Below, one piece after another: positions 1 through 11,970 of a stretch of DNA of 64,000 nt. The DNA is taken from assembly GCF_026571515.1 (NCBI RefSeq), contig NW_026856555.1, positions 62,001 through 126,000 on the forward strand. The letters run 5' to 3'. Made by a program: the position numbers and the translations under genes. Below the pieces are notes generated by a model. The model did not search any database, was not told where the DNA came from, and saw nothing but the letters and a program-made list of their open reading frames with translations. How positions within the stretch are numbered: position 1 is the stretch's first letter; the number at the start of each line of letters is the position of its first letter. The DNA is from Ruditapes philippinarum. Its lineage: Eukaryota.

Positions 1-253
1 TTTGTTTGTTTGTTTGGGTTTTACGTCACACCGACACAGTATAGGTCATAAAGCGACGTTCCAGCTTTACTGGTGGAGGAAGACCTAAGGTGCCCTTCCG
101 TGCATTATTTTAGACACCTGAGTAGAACCACCGACGTTCCGTAAGCTAGCTGGATAGCTTCCTCACATGAAAGAATTCAAAGTCCATGTCGGGATTTGAA
201 CCCACAGCGGTGAAGGGCAAGTGGTTTGAAACCACTCGGCCATGGACGCCCCC
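1..253 (-). mobile_element. tRNA-derived SINE (family A), near full length
   Basis: The minus strand reads GGGGCGTCCATGGCCGAGTGG (box A), GGGTTCAAATCCC (box B), core GAGGAAGCTATCCAGCTAGCTTACGGAACGTCGGTGGTTCTACTCAGGTG and an (AAAC)n tail. The core recurs at ~2645, ~45180, ~54460 and ~55060. Confidence 0.85.
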
Positions 254-720
254 AACAATTATTTAAAATTGGAGATATGAAAAGTTTGAAAAAATGAATT
301 TGTTCACATGTTAACAATCTAGTTGAGAACGTTTAGTTAGTATGTGGCAAATAAAGTGTCTATATTAAAGGAACCCAGCAGTTTGGCCTGGCTTGAAAGG
401 TCAAGGTCACACATAAAGGTCAAATGTTAAAAGCTCTTCAATTTTTAAAATCCTTTACAATATAATTCGAACAGACTATTCCAAATTCAAATCAGGGAAA
501 ACCTTGATACAAATTCAGTACGTTAAGCGTAAGCAAACAACAGCGGGAAAGAAGTGCTTATAAATCTATGTGACTTGGATGATATTTAGGTCTAAGGTGA
601 GGTAGACGCTAAGAAAATACAATGTTACACAGGTGAAATCGACGATATATTTTAAGATATTTAAATGTATATGGTAAAACCTCAACATTTGTAACAATAG
701 ATTAATTGACATATTTAATT

Positions 721-899
721 TACTGTCCAACTGCTAATTTATCAGCTAGAAAAGATTTTTCATTAGGAGACAATAACGATACAAGATTAGTGCGTCAACT
801 TTCGTAACAATGGATTAAAACTTACTGTCCACCTGCTAATTTTTCAGCTAGAAAAGATTTTTCATTAGGCGAAAATAATGATACACGATTCGTGCGTCA
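721..899. repeat. Tandem duplication, ~102-bp period, 2 copies
   Basis: tactgtcc..ctgctaattt..cagctagaaaagatttt.cattagg...gtgcgtca at 721-797 and 823-899. Confidence 0.85.
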
Positions 900-1505
900 G
901 AGTGATTTTGTACTATGCATGAAATTTATTTGTTGCCCGTTTTAAAGAAATTGGGATTTTCGTTGTTGTTTGCATTGTCCTATTCAACGTTAAACAATGG
1001 TTGTATGACGATGATTTGTATTACATGTATATCCAAGTCTATGGACCTGGCTGATGTCACCTAAATCTTCATACTAATCACCTTCACCTCATCTTTATTT
1101 CATTATGTGACCAAAACAATATTCTTATTTGATAAAGTTTTCAACTTATCTAGATTTTATTTTTTTACGTTATCAATCCCTTTATAAGCGAACGAACAAC
1201 GCAGAAGGAAGTTGTTTTTCTGTTTTTGACATTTCCAACATTTTCAAGAGAGTGTTAATGCTCAAAGAAATGCGAAACATATTTAATCGCTGTATTTTAG
1301 ACAGCAAGAACGCTGCCTGAATATGCAATTGGCAATGGATGTTCATTTTACGTAATGTTTTTCTTTCTTTTTTTCTTTTTTTCGACTAGTACCCTATTGT
1401 TAACATTACTGTCACCTAGAGTCAAGGTCAATGTCACTTTATATTGACTATAGTGTGTTCACGTTTCGACTGTTCGTAACACGAGAATATTGCTAGTCAT
1501 ATAGT

Positions 1506-4172
1506 CACCGTAGGGAACGTGTTACAGTATCGCCTTTTTCGGTTACAGTATAGAATTTTAAAGATGGAGGATTATTTCTTGGGAGGACAGGTAGGTGATT
1601 TTTATTCCGGTCCATACTACAAGTAGTTTAGTTTCTAAAAGATGTTTTGTGCTTTGCTTGTAAGGAACAGAATCCAGTATCTATTCATATACTTCTTCAG
1701 ACTCTGCACCCCAGATTTATCGTTATATTGTCTCATAAATATACAGATTTGACAGTTAGAAAATTTGAATCGAGAGACCAACGCATTTTTCTCCAATTTC
1801 GACATTATTTATGCATGCCTAGAAAAAGTAATTCTGCAAAACGTTAGTCCTTTATGTTAGGAAACGTTTATAAAAGTAAATGACCAGTTGAACCTATTTT
1901 CCTGTTCGTTAAATGCGTTTGAAAAAATAAACAATGTTACAGTATAGAGCGAGGTGATTTGTGCAGGGTTACAGAATAGACCTTGCGATTTTTATCCGAT
2001 TTTGTTACAGTTTATACTCAGATTTCGGTTACAGTTTAGACTTCGATGTTTTCTATTTATACTAGGTAAAATGTTTGAATATTACATAGACTTTTAAATC
2101 TCTGTGCGCTTATTGGCCCGATGGCTATTCGTCCGTCTGTCGTACACATGTATGTTCAATCTCATCCGCTCAGTAACTACTTGACTAAATGTGATGAAAT
2201 TTAAATGAATTTCTACCAATTAGTTGTTCAAATGGTTTCGGTTGCAATCGGGGATACGAAAACCCAAATTATAGATTTTGAAAAAAAGGCAATGTTTAAA
2301 GACCCTTCTCGTCTCGAACCAAAAGCATTCCAATCAAATCATGATCATGGCGTCATTTCGAATGCTTCTTTGTTGAATTTACGATTATTTTGTCATTATT
2401 AAATTAAAAGTCGTTTTTTCTTATTTCAGACATTCTGTATAGCAGTTTTCATGTTTCTGAAAAAGAAAATAATATTGAAAGTTATAGAGTATAAATTAAG
2501 GTCAGACAATTACAATTTCTTCTCTAGTGAGAATGATGGAGGTACATAGAAGTGGCAGAGTCGGGATAAGGCCGTCGACTTCAAAAATTATCTTTCATTT
2601 ACTGCTGTAGTTGAAATCCAATCATGACTTTGGATTTTTTGTATGTGAGGAATCTATCAAGCAAATTTACAGAAGGTCGGTGGTTCTAGTCAGGTGCCCA
2701 CTCGTGTCTGAAATGTTTCACAAAGGGATTCTGGGGTCTTTCTTTACACTAAAGCAGGAATGTTTTCACATGACCTCAGTGTCGTTGAAACTTAAAATCC
2801 AAGAAAGCCAAACGTAACAAACCCTTTTAAATACTTACAAAATACATTATGGTAGATGGAAATTCCAACTTAAAATAAAATTTAAGGTTGAAATATTGCT
2901 CACTTAAATACTTTTTAATCATTTTTAGGGTATTGCCTGCTTGTTAATTGTGTCTTTTGACAGCTTATCTATGGTATGCAGGCTTCATAACCTCCGACCC
3001 CTCTCAAAATTACATTTTATTTAATTTCACTCATTGTATTCTCATTTAGGGCACACGAAATTTTTAACCTGGGTGTAATATGCCGCTTTTCATAGAATGG
3101 CAATAACGTGTCACATAGAAGGTTCTATGATAACCGCCATATGAACACATCCACAGATGTTAAAAAATCTAAAGTGTACCAGTTCATGTTTAATGTGTAT
3201 TTTGCTGAAGCCGGTGCTAGGAGGCGTGGACGGGAGCTTGCAGTTACCACTACCGTCCATGAACAGGTTTAATCAAACTGATCCTGCAACAGTTTCATGT
3301 TTTCCGTGTTGGACTTCTGTTAAGGATTCTTTTTTCTCTATTTTATTACTAATAGGCATTATTAAAATGTGTAATGAAATCAAGCAATAATCTTTCTTCT
3401 CTCAATACAATTCGATAAAAGTTACTGTTGTTGTCGTTAAAACAGTCCTTACTTAGGACATTACTTATTCTGCAAAAAGTCTCAATCTGAAACTTAAAGT
3501 AAGAAAAATAGCAAACTATAACTATTCTGCTGAAGAAAAAAAGTAATACAACTTTTCAAGAATGTATTAAATAGAAAGGTATGAGTTATTTCATAAAAAT
3601 AATGGATGCACTAACTTTGTTTGAAATTTGGCAAGTATCTAAACTGTAACCGAAATCTGGGTATAAACTGTAACAAAATTGTATCAAAGTCGCTAGGTCT
3701 ATGCTGTAACCCTTCAAAATTAACCTCGCTCTATACTGTAACATTGTTTATTTTTTCAAACGCATTTTACCAACAGAAAAATAGGTTCAACTGGTCATTT
3801 ACTTTTATAAACGTTTCTAAACACAAAGGGCTAACGTTTTGTAGAATTACTTTATCTAGGCATGCTTAAATAATGTCGGAATGGGGAAAAAAATGCTTTG
3901 ACCTCTCGATTCAAATTTTAAACCTTCAAATCTGCACATTTATGAGACAATATAGAGATAAATCTGCGGTGCAGGGTCTGAAGAAATATATGACTAGAAA
4001 CCGGATTCTGTTCATTACAAGCAAAGCACAAAAACATCTTTAAGAAACTAAACTACTAGTAGTATGGACCTGAATAAAAATCACCTACATCTCTTCCCAT
4101 AAATAATCCTCCATCTTGAAAATTCTATACTGTAACCGAAAAAAGCGATACTGTAACACGTTCCCTACGGTG
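1506..4172. mobile_element. Non-autonomous cut-and-paste DNA transposon with ~535-bp terminal inverted repeats, CAC...GTG ends and 5-bp TSD ATAGT
   Basis: 1506-2040 is the diverged reverse complement of 3638-4172. Ends are CACCGTAGGGAACGTGTTACAG / CTGTAACACGTTCCCTACGGTG. ATAGT lies at 1501-1505 and 4173-4177. There is no transposase ORF inside. Confidence 0.85.
2540..2823 (+). mobile_element. Diverged SINE family A copy nested inside the TIR element
   Basis: TGTGAGGAATCTATCAAG...AGAAGGTCGGTGGTTCTAGTCAGGTGCCC matches the core of the 1-253 SINE; degenerate tRNA-like head and tail. Confidence 0.7.
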
Positions 4173-4202
4173 ATAGTATATCAACTTATTCAGATAATAT
4201 AA

Positions 4203-4381
4203 AGCATGGATATCCGCGCAGTCTGATCAGGATCCATGCTGTTCGCTTACCAACTCTATTACAAGTAGATAAACTGATGGCGAACAGCATGGATCCTGAT
4301 CAGACTGCGCGGGTGCGCAGGCTGTTCTTGATCCATGCTGATCGCAAACGCATTATGTTGGTTTTGTCATGGCGCGGCTCA
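4203..4381. mobile_element. Palindromic MITE copy 1 (left arm truncated)
   Basis: ATCCGCGCAGTCTGATCAGGATCCATGCTGTTCGCT-spacer-GCGAACAGCATGGATCCTGATCAGACTGCGC...GCGGCTCA; matches the six other copies. Confidence 0.85.
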
Positions 4382-4779
4382 TTATAAGAATAGATATTAC
4401 ACTATAATGGAAACAATACGAGAGCGTCGAGATAGAAGCAATTGGAGAGTGTCGGGAAGAAATAACCGGATGCAAACTTCGAAATTTATGTGTCTGAAAT
4501 ATGACAACTAAATTAGACACATATCTATAATAATTTGTACAGCTTAAAGTGGATATTATTTACCAGAATCATAATGTGAAAACGTAGTGACTAATTTTTC
4601 CTTATGTTCGTGCGTTTAAGTCTAGGATTATACATGTAAACATGAAATTTTTAACACTACAGAAATTACATTGATCCTTAATTGTCATTATATCAGACCT
4701 AATGTATACATGTACATGTATATTGTAACGACCTTTGAAATGAAAAATATAATAACTTATATATGAACAGTGGTGATAC

Positions 4780-4915
4780 ATAATAATAATAATAATGATT
4801 ATGATAATCATAATAATGATATGATAAACATATAAATAAGTAAATGAATAAATATTAATTATGATGATGATGTTGATGCTGTTGTTGTTGTTGTTGTTGA
4901 TGATGATGATGATCT
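4780..4915. repeat. Compound trinucleotide microsatellite (ATA/ATG/GTT)
   Basis: Directly visible runs of taa, atg and gtt repeats. Confidence 0.85.
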
Positions 4916-5149
4916 TATAACATTTTGGCATCTGTTTTACTAGTTTAATTAGCATTATAAAAACAAATTTATATATAATACCGGTATACAAAGTACCCCA
5001 CTCTTCTATCATAAAGTAAATGTTTACGACATTCTATAATTTGAACAAAATTAAATAATTAATTGTATCTTAATCATTAAATCAGCCCTTCATGAATTAT
5101 GAATTCCCTCATTTCATCAAAACATACAACAATACTCAATGTAACAATA

Positions 5150-5460
5150 GGATATACAGAAAAATGGGATGGATATAAAGAAAATAGGATGAATATACAG
5201 AAAAATGGGATGCATATACAGAAAAATTGGATGAATATACAGAAAAATTGGATGATATAAAAAAGTGAAATGGGATGAATATACAGGGGGTGAAATGGGT
5301 TGAATATACAGGGGGTGAAATGGGATGAATATACAGGGGGTGAAATGGAAAGAATATACAGAAAAAGTGGCATAAATATACAGAATGAAATGGGATGAAT
5401 ATACAGGGAGTACAAGGGGATGAATATACAGAAGGAAATTGGATGACTATACAGAAAAGG
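5150..5460. repeat. Minisatellite, ~21-24-bp unit GAATATACAG(A/G)n(TG)AAATGGGAT
   Basis: About 13 degenerate tandem units visible. Confidence 0.9.
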
Positions 5461-6290
5461 ATATAATTATATTTTTAAGAAAAACTGCGATTCCAATTAT
5501 GATAATTCAGAAGTAAGATTTTAAACAGAAATGTTAAATCAATATATGAAATAAAGAATCCGGATGCTAAGAATTGCTAAATCGATTGCTTTATCAGAAA
5601 GACACAAAACTTTGAGATTAAAATTATCCATTTTTTATAATAATATATAATATTTAGTCTTATCGGAACATCTCGGCTACTTATCCGAAGTTTGACGAAA
5701 AAGGCCAAGAAGATGCGATTGTATTTCGTCAAGTCTTGTTTACATTCGCAACCATTCGGCCGTTTCCGTCACATTTCGGTAATGGACTAGGTATAACAAA
5801 TTTAATATTTTATGAATTTAGATATTATTATTTATCGTTCGAATTACAAGTGTTATTCATATTGGATTTTTCCCCAATGACGTGTGTCGCACATTGATAT
5901 TATATTTAATGGAAATATGCTCCAGTCATATAAGTCTCAAAAGAAAGATATCATGTGCACAGTGACATTTTTGATAGAGGATAGGTATCTGTAATTTAAT
6001 AATTGTTCTCATTTGTATGTTTATTTTAACACATGGCGCCATTTATTTTCATTGTTAAATAACCAATACGTATTTCTTTTAAATATCACACAAGCTTAAT
6101 GTAAAATGACTCGCAAAACGTTGATAATGCTGTTTTTCCACGTTTCTGGCTTTATGGCACAATGAAATAGTCAAAGAATTCTAAGATTCTTTATAATTTC
6201 AGAAAAAGTTATATTAACATTTGTCCTAGACATTTTACAAAAATTGCTTCATTCTCCAATACTTGTTTAATATCAAGAGATTATTATTCA

Positions 6291-6424
6291 TTGTTGAGCA
6301 TAATACTGGATTATATTGGACGAGTACACAGCTGTCAAATCTATTTTGGACTAGGAACTAGTCGAAACTGATATAGGTCATCAGATGTGTACGAGTCCAA
6401 TAGAATCAGTATTGTTCTCAACAA
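6291..6424. repeat. ~130-bp imperfect hairpin, probable non-autonomous element module
   Basis: ttgttgag..aatactg..ttggacgagtacaca / tgtgtacgagtccaa..cagtattgttctcaacaa; a related copy lies at 11861-11970. Confidence 0.7.
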
Positions 6425-7340
6425 TGTAGAATTACATCTTTATTTCACACCACCATTTTTTACACATTTACAGAACTTTGTTTCTGCAAGTACACTAAGG
6501 ATTTGCTATGAATTTTTGAACTCTGACAAATGAAAACGAGGCTAAATTGAGTACGATATACATTTGATATTGATATTTTGGACTATCTGAACTGATATTA
6601 TATATACATGTACTCGTATATGCTATCTTTTGATAAAAAAAGAACATCCAGTTTTTAAATACATTCACCCCGTATTTTCCTTCTCTCCATATTTTCCTTA
6701 ACATTCAATATTTTCATGTATTTTGTCTTGTTCAATAAAACAATTTTCTTACAATTTTGGGTAAGATGAAATTTAATTCAACCCTTAAGTTACTACGGAG
6801 CTATTTCATACTGTCAACAATTTCATGAACAAAAGAATGATGATAACATTTTATCGCCTCATCGTTCGTAAAAAACTTCCTCTCTTCTAAATTCGCTGGA
6901 TCATAAATTGAATTAATTCTGTTCTGGCAGCGTTCATTATACGATCATTGTCAGAACATATTATTATAAGATTGATCTTGGAATTTTAATTAAATGTAAA
7001 ACCAATCCTAAATCTATTCATATAGATCATAAACTAAACATGCAATAAAAAAATCTGCAGTAAGGCAAAAAAGTATTTTGATAGTCCTGGTATTCATTAG
7101 CTTCAATATGATATTTTTATTTTTTTATACATGTATTTACTTAAGATGAAATGGGGAAAATGCGGCTATCTCCCGATACTTCACGATCACTCCGTTTAAT
7201 ATTTTACATTTCGCTATTTTTTTTCCGTGGAAAAGTTTGGCTTTTCGCTTGTGTTATCCCGTATTTCAGGTTCCCTATCTTTATTTTCTCCGTAATAAAT
7301 ATATATTGACCGTCCGCTATTTCGTTTGACGTGCTACAAT

Positions 7341-7349
7341 TTATTATTA

Positions 7350-7395
<46 letters not shown>

Positions 7396-7396
7396 G
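7341..7396. repeat. (ATT)n microsatellite
   Basis: Directly visible. Confidence 0.95.
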
Positions 7397-7932
7397 TGCT
7401 GCAATATACTTTAATACACTTGTTACTATATATAGTAACAGAATTGCCTATGATTTCAACTGATTATGAGTGTCACGTGACCTATTATGAGTTTGCGGCC
7501 CGGGGCCGAGAACTAGTTATCAGCCCGCAGAACATGTGCACGTGCACAAACTGAAACAATGACGTCATATTTTACGTCATCAAACAGTTAACTGTGAAAG
7601 TGAAAGTAGGTTGTCAGCACGAATCGCTTTATTTTTATTGTGAGAGCTTAAGCGTATTTAGTACAAACACATATTTGTTACTATTGAAATTTGAAGAAAT
7701 AATACGACAAATTCATTCCGAAAAAAAAATGAAAATAAAACTTGCTTCTAGATTCTACTGCTTTGAACACACAAACAGTAAACATCTCTGTATAGAACAG
7801 TAGAAGAGTACAGTAGACAAGAATTTCAAAAGTAGATCCTATTTGTTGTTGTTGTTTTTTTATTTTTTTTTTATTTTATTTTTCTTTTAAATGCTACTAG
7901 ATCTATTAGATTTACCAAGTGTATTAAAGACA

Positions 7933-8069
7933 TTAATACACGTCAGAGTAGGGCCAGAAGGTGATAATCGGCCCTGAATGAATAATGGCCCTCGGGCTAA
8001 AGCCCTCGGGTCCATTATTCATTTTGCGGGCCGATTATCACCTTCCGGCCCTCTCCTGCCGTGTATTAA
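7933..8069. repeat. ~137-bp near-perfect hairpin, probable end module of a non-autonomous element (element may extend left to ~7410)
   Basis: ttaatacacg..agggcc.gaaggtgataatcggcc..aatgaataatgg-ccctcgggctaaagccctcggg-ccattattcatt..ggccgattatcaccttc.ggccct..cgtgtattaa. Confidence 0.8.
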
Positions 8070-8839
8070 CCTCTTAATCTTTCATTTTCCGCTATTCTAT
8101 TTTACTTCTGTACGTTATTTCTATTTTCCTCTATTCAATTATGGTTGCGTATAATAATATGGCTTCACAACTCGTCATTTTCTGGTACTTTCCAATACAT
8201 TAAATCTTATAATTGAAGTGCCTATCAAAGTTCGCTTATAGGTTATAAAATAAAGGTTCAGATAGACAATAATTATGTTGTTAACAGTCAGCCAGGGCTT
8301 TAATGATTTAATTTAGACTAAATCGTGTCCTCGCAAACTGAAATAGGATCAACTGTTTAACAGATTTAACAGCGTATATTCAATTATGTACAGGAGCCTG
8401 CTAAGTCGAATTCCTGCTAAGTTGAATTCCAGAAAAAATGTTGTTTTTTTTCTAGGAAAGGTTGTAAGTATATTTTAGTATAGTTATTACTTTAACCAAA
8501 GTAATTACATTTGTATTCTGTTAAAAAGGTATATATTTCACGCCTAGATTTTAAGTATGTACGAGAATGTAATTTTGTCATCTGATTATAAAATCGTAGA
8601 ATGCACTTCTAATTTCCACACAACATACATTTACTTCAGATGTATTTAGAATAAATAAAAAATTTATATCGCCCATATTGTCACTGCCTATTGTTTCTGT
8701 GTCTTAAAGTTGAAATGTCGTTTCATGATTGCTTACAGACAGTTGCACACATTAACATGACCTGTCGTCCACGGATTGAATCATTATCCTTAAATAAAAT
8801 CTTTGTCTTGTGTAATGTTACGATGTCACGTTTTGTACA

Positions 8840-10020
8840 TGCAGATTGGAGTAAAGGAGAAAAATGCCATATCTGAAACATAAAGTTTGAACTACAGGAG
8901 AAAAAATGTCATGTTTTAAGCATGAAGATTGTATTGTAGTGAAGGAGAAAAATGTTACAGTTGAATCGTACAAATTGTTCTGAAGCAATAAAAAATGTAA
9001 TATTCTAAAAATGAAAGTGGCACATTTGAAAGACACAAATTGTAGTGAAGGAGAAAACTGGCGCATCTGAAACATGCAGATTATAGTGAAGGTGAAAAAT
9101 GGCGTGTTTGAAACATATAGACTGTAGTGAAGGTGAAAAATGACGCGTTTGAAACATACATATGTAGTGAAGGTGAAAAATGGCGTATTTGAAACATGCA
9201 GATTGTAGTGAAGGTGAAAAATGGCGCGTTTGAAACATACATATGAGCCGTGTCACGACAAAACCAACATAATGGTTTTGCGACCAGCATGGATCCAGAC
9301 CAGCCTGCGCATCCGCGCAGTCTGATCAGGATCCATGCTGTTCGCTTACCAACTCTATTACAAGTAGAGAAACTGATAGCGAACAGCATGGATCCTGATC
9401 AGACTGCGCGGATGCTCAGGCTGGTCTGGGTCCATGCTGGTCGCAAACGCACTATGTTGGTTTTGTCGTGACGCGGCTCAAATGTAGTGAAGGTGAAAAA
9501 TGGCGCGTTTGAAACATATAGAATGTAGTGAAGGTGAAAAATGGCGTGTTTGAAACATAAGACTGTAGTGAAGGTGAAAAATGGCGTGTTTGAAACATAC
9601 AGACTATAGTGAATGTGAAAAATGGCGCGTTTGAAACATGCAGATGTAGTGAAGGTGAAAAAATGGCGTGTTTGAAATATACAGACTTTAGTGAAGGTGA
9701 AAAATGGCGCGTTTGAAACATATAGAACGCAGTGAAAGTGAAAAACGACGTGTTTGAAATATACAGACTTTAGTGAAGGTGAAAAATGGCGTGTTTGAAA
9801 CATACAGACTTTAGTGAAGGTGAAAAATAGCGTGTTTGAAACATGCAGATGTAGTGAAACATAACATGTTACGATTGTAGTGAAGGAGAAAAATGACACA
9901 TCAGAAATTATAGTAATAGTGTAAAATTGCACATCCGAAACATGTTGATTATAGTGAAGGAAAAAATGTAACATTCAAACCATGTAAATGGTAGTGAAAA
10001 AAATGTCCAGTCATTTCAAA
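8840..10020. repeat. ~39-bp minisatellite array (TGTAGTGAAGGTGAAAAATGGCGCGTTTGAAACATACAGAC-like), interrupted by a MITE
   Basis: More than 20 tandem units, homogeneous at 9040-9860 and degenerate at the edges. Confidence 0.95.
9244..9480. mobile_element. Palindromic MITE copy 2 (full length) inserted in the minisatellite
   Basis: TGAGCCG...CGGCTCA ends; ~100-bp inverted arms around a ~32-bp spacer. Confidence 0.9.
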
Positions 10021-10221
10021 CATATTCATTGCAGGAACTGTTACAATAACAGTATTATCACTACATGATTAGTAATTAGCGATACTATCAAAGTAGTAAT
10101 AAAGCCCGCAGTTGGTGCTAATAATACAAAGAAACACCATTACCACTTTTGACATGACGTTTTATTTTGTTGTGGTTACTGTATGAACTATGTGAAAACA
10201 AACAAATGTTTAGTCTATATA

Positions 10222-10458
10222 TGAGCCGCGTCATGACGAAACCAACATAATGGGTTTGCGACCAGCATGGATCCAGACCAGCCTGCGCATCCGCGCAGTC
10301 TGATCAGGATCCATGCTGTTCGCTATCAGTTTCTCTACTTGTTATAGAGTTTGTAAGCGAACAGCATGGATCCTGATCAGACTGCGCGGATGCGCAGGCT
10401 GGTCTGGATCCATGCTGGTCGCAAACCCATTATGTTGATTTTGTCATGTCGCGGCTCA
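10222..10458. mobile_element. Palindromic MITE copy 3 (full length)
   Basis: Same ends and arms; spacer in the opposite orientation to copy 2. Confidence 0.9.
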
Positions 10459-11504
10459 TATGTAATTATTTCTGATGAGTTATACGAAGTTTTCAGTTAT
10501 AAGTCGGACCTGTCGCCAAACGTTTACAGTATTAGCGACGGCGGGGGCGTCTTATCTGTGATACCAGTATAGAGCCCGACCAGCCTGCACATCCATGCAG
10601 TCTGAACAGGTATAAGTTTGATTGCTGCTTGTTTCTAAAACTGAATTTAATTAATTAAACAACTCACTATTTCAAAATTAAAATGAAAAACGTCACAGTG
10701 ATAATTTTTAAGTCTAAGACTTAAATTAGCAAATTATATGTCTAAAGTTTTGCTTTGGGGCTTTGTCTTTTTTTTTAATTGAATATGAGAATATTTCCTT
10801 AAATCTTTATCATATTTTTATATTCATCTAATTCAATATTATTCACTTAATTCATAATATTTTGTCTCCGGATTATTGTCCTTCAGCTTTTATGGTGATG
10901 TAATCTAATAATACATCTTCATAAAGGACGACATGTTATATCCAATTAATCTTGTATTTACAATTAATTCATAATTGAACATTGTCTCACATGAAATAAC
11001 TGAACAATTTGCAAAGATGAAGAATTATTAAAAAGATGATTTTTCAATACTCATGTTTCTTGGTGAGATACCGCATGATTTTTAACATTTTGAATTTATT
11101 TTAATGTTGTTGTTTTTTTTGTTGGTGTTGTTTGTTTGGGTTTTTTGCTGTTGTTTTTTTATTTTTTTTTTTTTTGTTCTTGTTGTTTTCAAGTTATGCT
11201 TCTAAATACATGTTTTTCCCAACTTTATTAATTTCCCTCCAAGCTTTAGAATAGAGTTTATACAGTAAAATATTTCGGAAATAAGCTACTTTCAATGTGA
11301 CTTATCTTTATCATTTCACACCTCGTAAAATTTAACCAATGAATTAGCAGCGTTTAAACCACGTGATTTCCAATACAAATCATCATCGGATTTAATCCTA
11401 TCAATTTATTCCCGTTTTTGTATTCCATAGTTCAAAAAATCAATATCAAATCCATATCATACTCCATTAAGTTTTCCTTTCATTTTCGGAGTCCAAAATA
11501 TATT

Positions 11505-11727
11505 TGAACCGCGTCACGACAAAACCAACAAAATGGGTTTGCGACCAGCATGGATCCAGATCAGCCTGCACATCCGCGCAGTCTGATCAGGATCCATGCT
11601 GTTCGCTATCAGTTTCTCTACTTGTTATAGGGTTTGTTAGCGAACAGCATGGATCCTGATCAGACTGCGCGGATGTGTCAATGCTGGTCACAAACGCATT
11701 ATGTTGGTTTTGTCGTGACGCGGCGCA
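11505..11727. mobile_element. Palindromic MITE copy 4 (small deletion in right arm)
   Basis: Matches the family consensus. Confidence 0.9.
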
Positions 11728-11860
11728 TTTATCAAATGCATACCGCATTCCACCTTGCCTCATATTTCATTTCAGGGTCAAATTTTCATATTAAGTCCTT
11801 ATTGTACTTGAAGTAACAAAGTTCTGTCAAAACAGAATAAAGAGGTCACCATACATTATT

Positions 11861-11970
11861 AAGAACAATACTGGATATATTGGACTCGTACACAGCTTCC
11901 TCTTCTAGCGATTCGTTTAATACAGGTTTGGCAGATGTGTACTTGTCCAGTATAATTCAGTTTTGTACTT
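11861..11970. repeat. Imperfect hairpin related to 6291-6424
   Basis: aagaacaatactgga..tattggactcgtacaca / tgtgtacttgtccagtat..ttcagttttgtactt. Confidence 0.6.

Noticed and set aside
3157-3390. GC-richer stretch inside the TIR element as a possible FBXL16 or transposase exon
   Set aside because: No frame I translated gave LRR or DDE-like sequence.
4602-7404. Ile/Asn-rich and FCIFI-repeat ORFs
   Set aside because: Micro- and minisatellite translations.
8840-10020. CRISPR-like appearance of ~39-bp periodic repeats
   Set aside because: Units are head-to-tail with no unique spacers, there are no cas genes, and the context is eukaryotic.
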